From: an uncultured Nitrosomonadaceae bacterium
GTDB lineage: Bacteria; Pseudomonadota; Gammaproteobacteria; Burkholderiales; Nitrosomonadaceae
Direction of reading: 5' to 3'
Assembly: GCA_964013575.1 (NCBI GenBank)
Contig: CAXGWP010000005.1
Span: 17,306 to 81,305, forward strand
DNA length: 64,000 nucleotides
Shown: positions 22,258 to 31,876 of the stretch, one piece after another
How the letters are laid out: each line of letters starts with the position of its first letter
How positions within the stretch are numbered: the stretch's first letter is position 1
Position numbers and translations under genes: made by a program
The notes under the pieces: generated by a model
Database searches by the model: none
The model's input: the letters and a program-made list of their open reading frames with translations, nothing else
What the model was told of the DNA's origin: nothing

Positions 22258-23193
22258 CTATTTATTTTCCAAATTTATTCTTTCTGCTACGCGCATAACT
22301 GCACTCCTAGCACGAGGATTAACCCCTATTTCCCTTTCTTTAGGTCGTATTGCTCTCCCAACTAAACGTAACTTAGGGCGAATAAGGCATTGCATATCTT
22401 CATCTCGTATTGGTAGCCTACGAGGAAATTTATCTAAACATGAGGCCTCTCTCATAAAACGTTTAACAATACGGTCCTCCAATGAGTGAAAACTAATAAC
22501 TACAAGCCGTCCACCTTTCTTCAGCAATTTTATACAATCTGGTAGAATCAATGATAATTCCTCAAGCTCCTGATTTAAATAAATCCGTATAGCCTGAAAA
22601 GTACGCGTTGCCGGATGATGACTTTTCCTATTTGGGTGAATAACCTTTGCTATAATCTCTGAAAGTTGTAGCGTAGTAGTAATAGCCCTTTGTGCTCTTG
22701 CCACGACAATTTCTCTGGCAATCTGCTTAGCAAATCTTTCTTCACCATAACTCCTGATTACCTCCTTCAAATGAACTTCAGAAGCTGAAGCAATCCATTC
22801 TGTTGCTGTCTGTCCTTTACACGTATCCATACGCATATCAAGAGGCCCATCTAAACGAAAACTAAATCCCCTTGATACATCTTGAAGCTGTAGTGATGAA
22901 ACTCCTAAATCCAACAATATCCCATCCACTTGGAGCACGCCAAAATCCTGTAATTCGTGCCTCATTTTAGAAAATTTATTATGGATAATATGAAAATTCC
23001 TATTTCTGATAGATTGTCCTCTAGCTACCGCAGACATATCTCTATCAAAAGCAATTAATTTTCCTCTTTTATCTAGTTTTTCTAATATCATCTTACTATG
23101 ACCGCCGAAACCAAAAGTTCCGTCAATATAAACTCCACTTGGTTTGATCATCAATGCATCTACTGCCTCATGTAGCAAAACTGTGACGTGCAT
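22258..23193 (-). CDS. rsmH: 16S rRNA (cytosine1402-N4)-methyltransferase RsmH (MraW)
   Basis: GTFGFGGHS SAM motif, LLDLGVSSLQLQD, ISFHSLEDRIVK. Follows mraZ. Confidence 0.96.
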   Translation of the reverse strand: MHVTVLLHEAVDALMIKPSGVYIDGTFGFGGHSKMILEKLDKRGKLIAFDRDMSAVARGQSIRNRNFHIIHNKFSKMRHELQDFGVLQVDGILLDLGVSSLQLQDVSRGFSFRLDGPLDMRMDTCKGQTATEWIASASEVHLKEVIRSYGEERFAKQIAREIVVARAQRAITTTLQLSEIIAKVIHPNRKSHHPATRTFQAIRIYLNQELEELSLILPDCIKLLKKGGRLVVISFHSLEDRIVKRFMREASCLDKFPRRLPIRDEDMQCLIRPKLRLVGRAIRPKEREIGVNPRARSAVMRVAERINLENK

Positions 23194-23210
23194 CTAAAAT
23201 CACCACCACA

Positions 23211-23657
23211 TCACAATGAAAACCCATCAAGCTCAGAAGACATGTTTTCACCTTTTAGAGCTAAAGAATCATCAATTTGCTGATTCCATTTTTCTTCTTC
23301 CCATAATTCTAATTTTGCACCCTGACCCACCAACACCACATTCTTAATTAACCCTGCGAACTGACGCAAAGGTGGCGGTACTAAAATTCGACCAGAAGCG
23401 TCCATCTCCACATCACTAGCATTACCAACCAGAAGACGCTGCAAACTACGAGTTTCTGGATTAAAACTTGAAAGCCCATTTAATTTTTGTTCTATAGGCT
23501 CCCAAGCAGGCTGTGGATAAACTAACAAACATCTAGCTGGGTCTGCTGTAAGGACTAAATGACCCTCACAAAAAGCTATAAGCCCTTCTCGATATTTAGT
23601 AGGTATCGCAAGCCTTCCCTTATTATCAAGATTAAGTTGTGTGACCCCACGAAACAT
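23211..23657 (-). CDS. mraZ: Transcriptional regulator MraZ
   Basis: Two SpoVT/AbrB-like halves with the duplicated DxxxR-type motifs LDNKGRLAIP and DASGRILVPP. First gene of the dcw cluster. Confidence 0.95.
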   Translation of the reverse strand: MFRGVTQLNLDNKGRLAIPTKYREGLIAFCEGHLVLTADPARCLLVYPQPAWEPIEQKLNGLSSFNPETRSLQRLLVGNASDVEMDASGRILVPPPLRQFAGLIKNVVLVGQGAKLELWEEEKWNQQIDDSLALKGENMSSELDGFSL

Positions 23658-23719
23658 ATTTTCCCTTGTTCTCCTAGATAAAACTTTAAGTTGATAGCTT
23701 GTTTCAATCGAATTGTTTT

Positions 23720-23744
23720 CCCACTATTTCCCACAAATGTCCAC
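23720..23744 (-). promoter_or_regulatory. Putative MraZ operator: three GTGG(G/A) boxes with exact 10-bp spacing
   Basis: The minus strand reads GAGTGGA-CATTT-GTGGG-AAATA-GTGGG-AAAAC (plus strand cccac at 23720, cccac at 23730, tccac at 23740), 63-87 nt upstream of the mraZ ATG. It matches the published E. coli MraZ site architecture of three TGGGN direct repeats with 5-nt spacers. Confidence 0.6.
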
Positions 23745-23771
23745 TCTAATTAAAAAATATAACCAAGTCAA
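23743..23771 (-). promoter_or_regulatory. Candidate sigma70 promoter for the dcw operon (Pmra)
   Basis: Minus strand TTGACT (23771-23766), 17-nt spacer, TAGAGT (23748-23743). The -10 element overlaps the first GTGG box, as expected for a repressor-occluded promoter. Based on sequence pattern only. Confidence 0.35.
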
Positions 23772-23930
23772 GAGAAATTAATGAATTTTTGTTTATTTGA
23801 CAAAGACTTAAGAAGAGACCCAACAAAATTTTCTTGAATACAAAAATACACTATGCAAATAAAAGGGATAGGTATTAAACTAAATGGAATTTAAAGCTTA
23901 ATAATACTCTAAGAAATATTACGATATAGT

Positions 23931-24229
23931 GAAGCTGGCCTATAAGCCGGGTTCTGTCATGGGCAGCCATTCCTCTAGGTACACAATTACTCATGTACTC
24001 AAGCAACCTACCCGCAGACTCGGCGAGCAACGTCAACATCTGCCTATTTGGTCTTGCTCCGGATGGAGGTTACCGCGTTTCACCGCAACTTAATACGCTC
24101 GTCTCTGTGGCCCTATTCCTCACCTCACGGCGGCCGGCCATTAACCGGCATCCTGCTCTTTGGAGCCCGGACTTTCCTCTCCCAATTTTTCATCATTGAA
24201 AAAAAAGCAGCGACTACCTGGCCAGCTTC
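23931..24229 (-). ncRNA. rnpB: RNase P RNA, bacterial type A (M1 RNA)
   Basis: The minus strand starts GAAGCTGGCCAGGTAGTCGCTGC and ends CATGACAGAACCCGGCTTATAGGCCAGCTTC (P1 pairing). It contains the universal GAGGAAAGTCCGGGCTCCA, ACCTCCATCCGGAGCAAGACCAAATAGG and GGGTAGGTTGCTTGAG blocks. It is a local G+C island. End positions are good to about +/-5 nt. Confidence 0.93.
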
Positions 24230-24337
24230 AAAAGAATCTTATCATTAAACCTAATTGAAACAAACTTTTACTCTTTATACTGCATCAAGCCTTGTTTCAG
24301 TGAAGGCTATACACTTGAAGCTAATTGGAGGTAAAAT

Positions 24338-25690
24338 TTGAAAAATCACTGCTTTAAGCCTATTTTCATATCTTTTCTCTTGTCGGAGATAGACATAGAA
24401 CCTAACAATAAACCACCTAATTCATACTCTAATTTCTTGCTTAAAGAAAATAATAGCTGTGTTTCTTGTGGTCTATGCCTACCTCATTGCCCCACCTACC
24501 GCATGACTATGTCTGAAGCTGATTCTCCTCGTGGCCGCATAGCCCAAATGAAAGGTGTTGCAAGTGGACATATTCCAGTAAATCTCCAATTTATTAAGCA
24601 CATAGATCTCTGCCTTACCTGCCGAGCATGTGAAACGGCTTGTCCAAATCATGTGCCATATGGCCAGCTAATTGACAAAACACGATCAATGATAGCCACA
24701 ACTATTCCAGAACTATCAAATGGAAAGAAATGGACCAAGAAATCTTGGCTAAAAAGAATAATAGAAAAAGAGCTTATTAGAAAACCTACACGTTTTGATA
24801 AACTTCGTTTTCTCATCTTCTCTTATCAGAAACTTGGCTTACAAGGACTATTAAAAAAACTTGTTATCCTAAAAGAAACAAAACTCTATAAGTTAAATAA
24901 TCAATTACCTGAGATTAAATTTCCCCAAATCTCATCTAATAAAAAAAATATAAAGAATTCCTGGCAAAAGATTTATCCCCCAATTGGAGAACCATGCGGT
25001 GAGGTTGGGTTATTCCTTGGCTGCGTTGCTAGGATTACAGATGTTGAAACAATTAATTCCTCAATATATGTACTTAATTGCCTTGGCTATACAGTACATA
25101 TACCACCAACCCAAACCTGCTGCGGAGCCTTACACCATCATGGAGGAGATACAGATACTGCAATAGAGTTAGCTCAACAAAATGAATTGGCTTTTAAAAA
25201 ATTAAATGTAAATAATATTATTACTACATCCTCTGGATGCGGTATACGTCTCACAGATTATCATTATGAATTTTCTTCAAAAATAATAGATATTAGCAAG
25301 TTTCTTGTTTCTATATGTGAATGGCGTAACTTAAAAATCAATCCATTACAAGATAAAGTTCTAGTTCATGACCCATGTACCTTACGTAATATTCTCCGTA
25401 GTTCAAAATACCCCTATGAATTATTGATTCATATACCTGAAATAAACGTCACTCCACTTGCTGGTAATGACCAATGTTGTGGGTCCGCTGGAACATACTT
25501 TCTTGATCAACCTGCTATGGCAGAATCACTACTAAATGATAAAATATCAAAAATAGATAGTAATACGCGCTATCTCGCTACCTCTAATACTGGCTGCCAT
25601 ATGTATATTGCTAACGCATTAAAAAATAAAATTCCTGAGCTTGAAGTACTACATCCAGTAACTTTACTAGCACGACAAATAAAAAAATAA
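24338..25690 (+). CDS. (Fe-S)-binding oxidoreductase subunit, GlcF/heterodisulfide-reductase-like
   Basis: Two ferredoxin-type clusters (CVSCGLCLPHCPTY and CLTCRACETACPNHV) followed by two CCG domains (QTCCGALHHH, DQCCGSAGTYF). TTG start with GGAGG 6 nt upstream. Confidence 0.8.
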   Translation: MKNHCFKPIFISFLLSEIDIEPNNKPPNSYSNFLLKENNSCVSCGLCLPHCPTYRMTMSEADSPRGRIAQMKGVASGHIPVNLQFIKHIDLCLTCRACETACPNHVPYGQLIDKTRSMIATTIPELSNGKKWTKKSWLKRIIEKELIRKPTRFDKLRFLIFSYQKLGLQGLLKKLVILKETKLYKLNNQLPEIKFPQISSNKKNIKNSWQKIYPPIGEPCGEVGLFLGCVARITDVETINSSIYVLNCLGYTVHIPPTQTCCGALHHHGGDTDTAIELAQQNELAFKKLNVNNIITTSSGCGIRLTDYHYEFSSKIIDISKFLVSICEWRNLKINPLQDKVLVHDPCTLRNILRSSKYPYELLIHIPEINVTPLAGNDQCCGSAGTYFLDQPAMAESLLNDKISKIDSNTRYLATSNTGCHMYIANALKNKIPELEVLHPVTLLARQIKK

Positions 25691-25720
25691 ATTTATTATA
25701 TTTCCAAGCTGGAGATCTTT

Positions 25721-26347
25721 ATGCTTAATATAGAAAAAATTATTATTGGCTTTGATGGAGCCTTACGTACCCTATTTGCACCTGCACAAACAGTACGTAA
25801 AACCCCAGGAAAAGATTTCCCAGAAACTGATCTTACCAAAATAGAAAAAAATAAATCTTCTGCCTTAATGAGGATCAACCATACAGGGGAAATCTGTGCC
25901 CAAGCACTATACCAAGGACAGGCTCTCACTGCTAAAAATATAGAAGTACAACACAGTCTGCATCAAGCAGCACACGAAGAAATTGAGCATCTTGCTTGGA
26001 CTGAACAACGAATTAAAGAATTAGGGGGGAGAAAAAGTATTCTAAACCCTATTTGGTATAGCGGATCATTTTTTATTGGTGCAACAGCAGGTATGTTTGG
26101 TGACAAATGGAATTTAGGTTTTCTTGCTGAAACTGAACACCAGGTTGAATCCCATCTCGCCAAACACTTACATTCCCTACCAGAACAAGATAAAAAAAGC
26201 CGTGCTATTGTTGGACAAATGCAAATTGATGAAGCAGAACACGCCGCTTGTGCTATATCTCATGGTGGAGTAGCACTGCCAAAACCTGTCAAGTTAGCTA
26301 TGAAACTAGGATCAAAAATAATGACCAAAACAACATATTGGCTTTAA
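25721..26347 (+). CDS. coq7: 2-polyprenyl-3-methyl-6-methoxy-1,4-benzoquinone hydroxylase (Coq7 type, di-iron)
   Basis: Di-iron carboxylate ExxH pairs (EEIEHLAW, DEAEHA). About 208 aa. N-terminus IIGFDGALRTLF is typical of bacterial Coq7. Confidence 0.9.
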   Translation: MLNIEKIIIGFDGALRTLFAPAQTVRKTPGKDFPETDLTKIEKNKSSALMRINHTGEICAQALYQGQALTAKNIEVQHSLHQAAHEEIEHLAWTEQRIKELGGRKSILNPIWYSGSFFIGATAGMFGDKWNLGFLAETEHQVESHLAKHLHSLPEQDKKSRAIVGQMQIDEAEHAACAISHGGVALPKPVKLAMKLGSKIMTKTTYWL

Positions 26348-26355
26348 TAAGAAGA

Positions 26356-26772
26356 TCACTTATCCAAAATTTCATAATTATGAGATATATTTGCTGTTTT
26401 TCCCAGCATAATTGAAGCTGAACAATACTTCTTTGCCGACAAATTTATTGCTCGCTCCACTTTTTTTGGATTTAAATTCCTTCCAGTTAAAGTAAAATGA
26501 TAATGGATCCGAGTAAACACTTTAGGGTCCTTCTTTGTTCGCTCTGCTTCTATATTTACCATACAATCAAGAATTTCCTGACGACCCTTCTTTAAAATCA
26601 TCACAACATCTAAAGCAGTACAGCCACCAGCCCCCATTAACAACATTTCCATTGGCCTCACCCCAAGGTCCTTTCCACCAATTTCAGGTGCTCCATCCAT
26701 AAGAACCGCATGCCCACCTTCAGATTTCCCTAAAAAACTTACTCCACCCTTCCATTTAATGCTTAATTTCAT
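26356..26772 (-). CDS. OsmC/Ohr-family peroxiredoxin-like protein
   Basis: 138 aa. OsmC-fold pattern with the paired cysteines (GAGGCTALDV ... KYCSAS). Confidence 0.85.
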   Translation of the reverse strand: MKLSIKWKGGVSFLGKSEGGHAVLMDGAPEIGGKDLGVRPMEMLLMGAGGCTALDVVMILKKGRQEILDCMVNIEAERTKKDPKVFTRIHYHFTLTGRNLNPKKVERAINLSAKKYCSASIMLGKTANISHNYEILDK

Positions 26773-26860
26773 GACAACCTTTATTTATAAATTTCTTGGT
26801 ATTATTTTACGCTGAAAATTAGCTTCTCTTAATTAAATTCTATAGATATAAAAACAATTC

Positions 26861-27622
26861 TCAGAATTTATCTGGGGCTGGAACCAACTGATACCAAACA
26901 GTCCCAATAATTTCATTTAAAAAAATCGTATTATCTAAAAAGGCAGCAGCAGATGGAATAAAAGAGAATAAATTCTTATCTCTCCTTGTTACATATATAG
27001 TTGATGCCGGTGTAACGCTAAATCCTGCTTGCTCAAATTCTTTCATCGCTCTTGGCATATGCCAGGCATGAGTAACTAATGCAATATGAGTAATCTTATC
27101 TTTTCTTAAAATGGAAAAACTATTATAAGCATTTTCTCGAGTGTCTCTTGAGTTTCCTTCACTCCATTTAACTGGCACATTAAACTCATTTTCCAATACT
27201 AGCTTCATTTGTTCTGCTTCTGAAGAACCTATTCCAAACGTATCGCCCCCTGACACTAATACCGGTTTCCCAGTCTGGCGATGTAAATGAGCACCATAAC
27301 GAATACGCTCTAATCCATATTGACTTACTGTATAACCATTATATTCAGGAGCTCTTATATAAGCCCCACTACCTAATATAACAATTGCCTGTATTTTATT
27401 AATTTCAGAACTAGATTTAGATGAAATTTGTAAAGTTTTTAATGCATTCTCTGCAACTAATGGAATAGATAATATATACAATAAAAAAAACGTAGTAATA
27501 ATAAAAAATTTACCTAGCACCGGATAATTTTTTAAAAAAAATATACCCATTACTCCTAAAACAATAAGATTTAATGGAGGCAACAAAAAAGCTACTACCA
27601 AATCTCTTAAAAACCAAATCAT
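26861..27622 (-). CDS. DUF218 / YdcF-ElyC family membrane-anchored protein
   Basis: Two N-terminal TM helices, then the DUF218 core (AIVILGSG...VLVSGG...TRENAYNS...VTHAWHMPRA). Confidence 0.75.
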   Translation of the reverse strand: MIWFLRDLVVAFLLPPLNLIVLGVMGIFFLKNYPVLGKFFIITTFFLLYILSIPLVAENALKTLQISSKSSSEINKIQAIVILGSGAYIRAPEYNGYTVSQYGLERIRYGAHLHRQTGKPVLVSGGDTFGIGSSEAEQMKLVLENEFNVPVKWSEGNSRDTRENAYNSFSILRKDKITHIALVTHAWHMPRAMKEFEQAGFSVTPASTIYVTRRDKNLFSFIPSAAAFLDNTIFLNEIIGTVWYQLVPAPDKF

Positions 27623-27680
27623 AGCTTTAAGTTCTACTAATATAAAAACCTCAAAAGATAATCATTATCTCACAACAAAT

Positions 27681-27714
27681 AAAAAAGCCGACACAATTAT
27701 GTATCGGCTTTTTA
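27681..27714 (-). terminator. Rho-independent terminator after the cytochrome c gene (potentially bidirectional)
   Basis: aaaaaaGCCGACACaattatGTATCGGCttttt: a GC-containing stem flanked by an A-tract and a T-tract. On the minus strand the hairpin is followed by TTTTTTATTTG. It sits about 15 nt after the gene's stop. Confidence 0.6.
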
Positions 27715-27728
27715 AATAAGAAACTAAT

Positions 27729-28040
27729 TTATTTGAGAGATAAAATCCATGCTACTAATTTTTTAATATTCTCATCATTAACGTTTGAATTTGGTGGCAT
27801 AGGAATCGGACCCCAGGTTCCTTTAGTCCCATTCTTTACTTTTCCAGCTAAGCTTGCTGCTGCACCTGCATCTCCCTTATATTTAGCAGCTACTTGCTTA
27901 AACCCTGGTCCTACCATTTTTGCATCAACCATATGACAATTCATACAACCACTACTACTAGCCAAAGCAGAATCTGCTTGTGCAGTACCGACCAATAAGA
28001 AGGCAGACACTGCAACTACTCCCATCCAGACAGCTTTCAT
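27729..28040 (-). CDS. Class I c-type cytochrome (c551/c552-like), periplasmic
   Basis: Signal peptide ending AQA. Single heme site CMNCH. Distal Met region GPIPMPPN. 103 aa. Confidence 0.85.
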   Translation of the reverse strand: MKAVWMGVVAVSAFLLVGTAQADSALASSSGCMNCHMVDAKMVGPGFKQVAAKYKGDAGAAASLAGKVKNGTKGTWGPIPMPPNSNVNDENIKKLVAWILSLK

Positions 28041-28210
28041 AACTTTCTCCTAATAAAGTTTAAATTGAAAGAAGCCTATATTTTACCCTTAAGTCGTCAT
28101 ATCTGTAAGAGCTCCTGCAAAATATATACTCAACCCACGGTTATCACACATCAGCTGAACAAAACCTTATTAAAATTCAATAAAAGGCTAACAAAACTAT
28201 TTAATTTAAA

Positions 28211-29890
28211 TTATGATGAATCCGTTATTGCTCCTTTACTGGCAGTAGAAGCTAATTTTGCATATTTTGCTAATACTCCCCGTGTATAACGTGGCTCTGG
28301 TGGTTTCCATTCTGCGCGGCGACTAGCAATCTCTTCTTCTGACACATTTAACTGTAATAATCTATTTTCTGCATCTATAGTAATTGAGTCCCCTTCATGC
28401 ACCAATGCGATAAGGCCACCTACAAAAGCTTCAGGTGAAACATGCCCAACTACCATACCATATGTCCCACCAGAGAAACGACCATCAGTAATAAGCCCAA
28501 CCGAATCTCCGAGTCCTTCACCAATCAAAGCTGCAGTTGGTGAAAGCATTTCCCGCATACCTGGACCTCCTTTTGGGCCCTCATAACGTATCACTACTAT
28601 ATCTCCAGGTTGGATCTCTCTAGATACTATAGCAGACATACAATTTTCTTCTGATTCAAAAATCCTTGCAGGGCCAGTTATTTTTGGTGTCTTAACCCCA
28701 GTTATTTTTGCCACACAACCCTCTGGAGAAAGGTTTCCTTTAAGTATAGCAAGGTGTCCCTGCCTATATAGAGGATTATCCCATTGTCTGATAACATCCT
28801 GATCCTTTCTTGGAGCTACCGGAACATCTTTCAATATCTCAAAAACAGTCTGGCCACTAATAGTTAAACAATCTCCATGCAATAAATTATGCTCAAGCAG
28901 TATTTTCATAACTTGAGGAATACCCCCTGCGGCATGCAGATCAGTTGCAACATATCGCCCAGAAGGTTTCAAATCACATAAGACAGGTACTTTACCACGT
29001 ATTTGTTCAAAATCATCAATTGAAAGCTCTACTTCAGCAGCATGTGCAATTGCAAGAAAATGTAATACTGCATTAGTTGAACCTCCTATAGCCATAATTA
29101 CAGCAATAACATTTTCAATCGATTTTCTAGTAATAATGTCACGTGGCAATATTTGTTTTTTAATCGCATTGACTAATACTTCTGCAGAATTAATAGAACT
29201 TTCACGTTTTTCTTTATCTTCTGCAGCCATAGTTGAAGAATAAGGTAAACTCATTCCCATTACTTCAAATGCAGATGACATGGTATTTGCAGTAAACATA
29301 CCACCACAAGAACCTGCCCCAGGACAGGCATGGCGCTCAACTTCAATTAATTCTTTCTCATCAATATTATTTGCAAAGTATTGCCCAACTGCTTCAAAAG
29401 CACTAACTATAGTCAAATCACGCCCTTTGTATTTACCAGGCTTAATTGTTCCTCCATAAACAAAAATAGATGGAATATTCATCCGTGCAATTGCAATCAT
29501 TGCACCAGGCATATTCTTATCACACCCACCAATTGTAATTACACCATCCATGCTCTGCGCCTGTACTGCAGTCTCAATAGAGTCTGCAATAACTTCCCGA
29601 GATACCAGCGAATATTTCATACCTTCTGTACCCATAGAAATACCATCTGATACAGTAATAGTGCCAAATATTTGTGACATTGCACCAGCTTTCTTTAAAG
29701 CACTCTCTGCATCTGTTGCCAGCTCATTTAACCCCATATTACATGGTGTAATAGTAGAAAACCCATTGGCTATTCCTACTATAGGTTTATCAAAATCATT
29801 ATCACCAAAACCTACAGCTCTAAGCATGGCACGATTTGGAGAGCGCTTTGTTCCCTTAGTAATAGCCTGACTACGCTTATTATCTGACAT
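28211..29890 (-). CDS. ilvD: Dihydroxy-acid dehydratase
   Basis: IlvD/Edd motifs CDKNMPG and [15 protein letters not shown]. Short-form length of 559 aa. Confidence 0.97.
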   Translation of the reverse strand: MSDNKRSQAITKGTKRSPNRAMLRAVGFGDNDFDKPIVGIANGFSTITPCNMGLNELATDAESALKKAGAMSQIFGTITVSDGISMGTEGMKYSLVSREVIADSIETAVQAQSMDGVITIGGCDKNMPGAMIAIARMNIPSIFVYGGTIKPGKYKGRDLTIVSAFEAVGQYFANNIDEKELIEVERHACPGAGSCGGMFTANTMSSAFEVMGMSLPYSSTMAAEDKEKRESSINSAEVLVNAIKKQILPRDIITRKSIENVIAVIMAIGGSTNAVLHFLAIAHAAEVELSIDDFEQIRGKVPVLCDLKPSGRYVATDLHAAGGIPQVMKILLEHNLLHGDCLTISGQTVFEILKDVPVAPRKDQDVIRQWDNPLYRQGHLAILKGNLSPEGCVAKITGVKTPKITGPARIFESEENCMSAIVSREIQPGDIVVIRYEGPKGGPGMREMLSPTAALIGEGLGDSVGLITDGRFSGGTYGMVVGHVSPEAFVGGLIALVHEGDSITIDAENRLLQLNVSEEEIASRRAEWKPPEPRYTRGVLAKYAKLASTASKGAITDSS

Positions 29891-30011
29891 AATTTCTCCT
29901 GGAAAATATAGAGTCTTATAACTGCAAACTTTTCTCTATAATATGTTTATATGTTTTAGCAAACATGCTTGCCGTATAATCTATATTTTACAGTAAATAA
30001 AGCAGGTGCCT

Positions 30012-30818
30012 ATGCTAGTTCACCCACAGTTTGATCCAGTTGCTATTTATCTTGGCCCCCTTTCTATTCATTGGTACGGATTGATGTATTTATTAGGATT
30101 TACAATGTTCATGTTATTAGGACGATATCGTATTAAAGTTAACCCACAATCATCATTTAATAATGCCATACTGGATGATCTTATGTTTTTTGGAATGCTA
30201 GGAGTAATATTAGGCGGTCGCTTAGGACATATTCTGTTTTATCAGTTTGATTATTATTTACAAGAACCGATAGAAATCTTTGCTATTTGGAAAGGCGGGA
30301 TGTCTTTCCATGGAGGGTTCCTAGGTGTTATTACCACTATGGCGATATTAGCGCGAAAATACAAATTAGAATGGCTAGCTGTTACAGATTTTATTGCACC
30401 ACTTGTGCCACTAGGGCTTGGAGCAGGACGTATAGGTAATTTTATCAATGCTGAGTTATGGGGAAGACCAACTGATGCACCTTGGGGCATGATATTCCCT
30501 AATGTGGATACACTCCCACGCCACCCTTCTCAAATTTATGAGTTTGCACTTGAGGGTATACTATTCTTTGTAATATTATGGGCTTATTCAGCAAAACCAA
30601 AGCCAATTGGTTCTGTTTCTGGAATATTTCTTATTAGCTATGGTTTACTCCGCTCAATTTCTGAGTTTTTTCGTGAACCTGAGGATGGATTTATCGGAAT
30701 ACTTACACTAGGTGTTAGTATGGGACAATGGCTTTCTTTACCAATGATAATTGTTGGAATATGGATGTTAATTTGGGCTAATAAGAATCATCAAGAATCA
30801 AATGAACCCAAAATTTAA
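30012..30818 (+). CDS. lgt: Prolipoprotein diacylglyceryl transferase
   Basis: [42 protein letters not shown]. The ORF track starts at a GTG at 30006; the ATG at 30012 is equally plausible. Confidence 0.94.
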   Translation: MLVHPQFDPVAIYLGPLSIHWYGLMYLLGFTMFMLLGRYRIKVNPQSSFNNAILDDLMFFGMLGVILGGRLGHILFYQFDYYLQEPIEIFAIWKGGMSFHGGFLGVITTMAILARKYKLEWLAVTDFIAPLVPLGLGAGRIGNFINAELWGRPTDAPWGMIFPNVDTLPRHPSQIYEFALEGILFFVILWAYSAKPKPIGSVSGIFLISYGLLRSISEFFREPEDGFIGILTLGVSMGQWLSLPMIIVGIWMLIWANKNHQESNEPKI

Positions 30819-30831
30819 AATTATCTTCTCA

Positions 30832-31806
30832 CTATGGTATCAATATAATCTTTCCAATTACTCTACGTTGCATTATATCTCTAAGAGCATAGCTAACTTG
30901 ATCTAGCGAATAAATTTTTGAGATCCTTGGGCATATTTCTCTTTCTAAAAAAAATGAAATTAAGTCTTGTACAACACAAATATATGCTGACTCTTCTCGC
31001 TGAATGAAATCACTCCAAAATACACCCATAATGGAATTACCTTTAAGTAACGGAAGATTTAAAGCTACTTTAGGAATTTTCCCGCTAGCAAAGCCCATTA
31101 CCATATACCTTCCTTTCCAACCAGTAGAGCGTAATGCTTTATCTGTAATTTCTCCTCCAACAAGATCACAAACAACATCAACCCCCTTACCATTTGTCAT
31201 TTTACTAATAGCATAACGAAAATCATGAGTAGAATAATTTATTAATTTACTTGCACCTGATTCCTTACATACCATCAATTTATCCTCAGTTGAAGCTGAA
31301 GCAATAACTTGCGCTCCCATTTTTCTTCCAAGTTCTACTGCTGCCAGTCCCACTCCCCCTGCAGCCCCAAGTACTAATAAAGTTTCTCCTGGTTTAAGTT
31401 GAGCCCTATACCTAAGTGTGTAATAAGAAGTTCCATATGTCATAATAAGAGCAGAAGCAACTTTAAAATCCATATTCTTTGGCATATGAAAAACTTTACT
31501 TGCCGACACTAATACTTCTTCACAAAATCCTCCACTTCGGATAAAAGAAAATACACGGTCGCCAACTGAAATGCCATTAACACCAATCCCCACATCTTTA
31601 ACAATGCCAGCAATCTCTGCTCCTGGCGAGAACGGAAAATTGGGTTGAAACTGATACTTCCCTTGAATAATTAAAGTATCCGGATAGTTAACCCCACACG
31701 CCTTAACAGTAATGATCACATGCCCATTCTTTATCTTTGGTGAAGGAATTTCTTCAATTACCAAACTCTCTGGAGGACCAAATTCTTTACATAAAACTGC
31801 TTTCAT
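30832..31806 (-). CDS. NADPH:quinone oxidoreductase / zeta-crystallin-type medium-chain dehydrogenase
   Basis: MDR fold with the nucleotide motif LVLGAAGGVGLAAVELG and no catalytic zinc ligand pattern. Confidence 0.85.
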   Translation of the reverse strand: MKAVLCKEFGPPESLVIEEIPSPKIKNGHVIITVKACGVNYPDTLIIQGKYQFQPNFPFSPGAEIAGIVKDVGIGVNGISVGDRVFSFIRSGGFCEEVLVSASKVFHMPKNMDFKVASALIMTYGTSYYTLRYRAQLKPGETLLVLGAAGGVGLAAVELGRKMGAQVIASASTEDKLMVCKESGASKLINYSTHDFRYAISKMTNGKGVDVVCDLVGGEITDKALRSTGWKGRYMVMGFASGKIPKVALNLPLLKGNSIMGVFWSDFIQREESAYICVVQDLISFFLEREICPRISKIYSLDQVSYALRDIMQRRVIGKIILIP

Positions 31807-31876
31807 CTTCTCTTTACAGTACCGATAAATTTACCTTCTTTAACAAACTTAACAATCCACCTTAGCTCTCATAAAG

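Noticed and set aside
23993-24248. Two listed ORFs (23993-24199 and 24048-24248, plus strand).
   Set aside because: They lie entirely within the RNase P RNA gene, on the opposite strand. They are open only because this segment is G+C-rich, and their products are low-complexity Pro/Arg/Leu-rich. They are not genes.
25696-25929. 77-aa minus-strand ORF overlapping the coq7 5' region.
   Set aside because: It is antisense to the well-supported coq7 gene and has no motif support.
29975-29980. Perfect TATAAT hexamer upstream of lgt as a promoter call.
   Set aside because: No acceptable -35 element at 16-18 bp spacing and no extended -10 TG. TATAAT-like hexamers are frequent in sequence this AT-rich.
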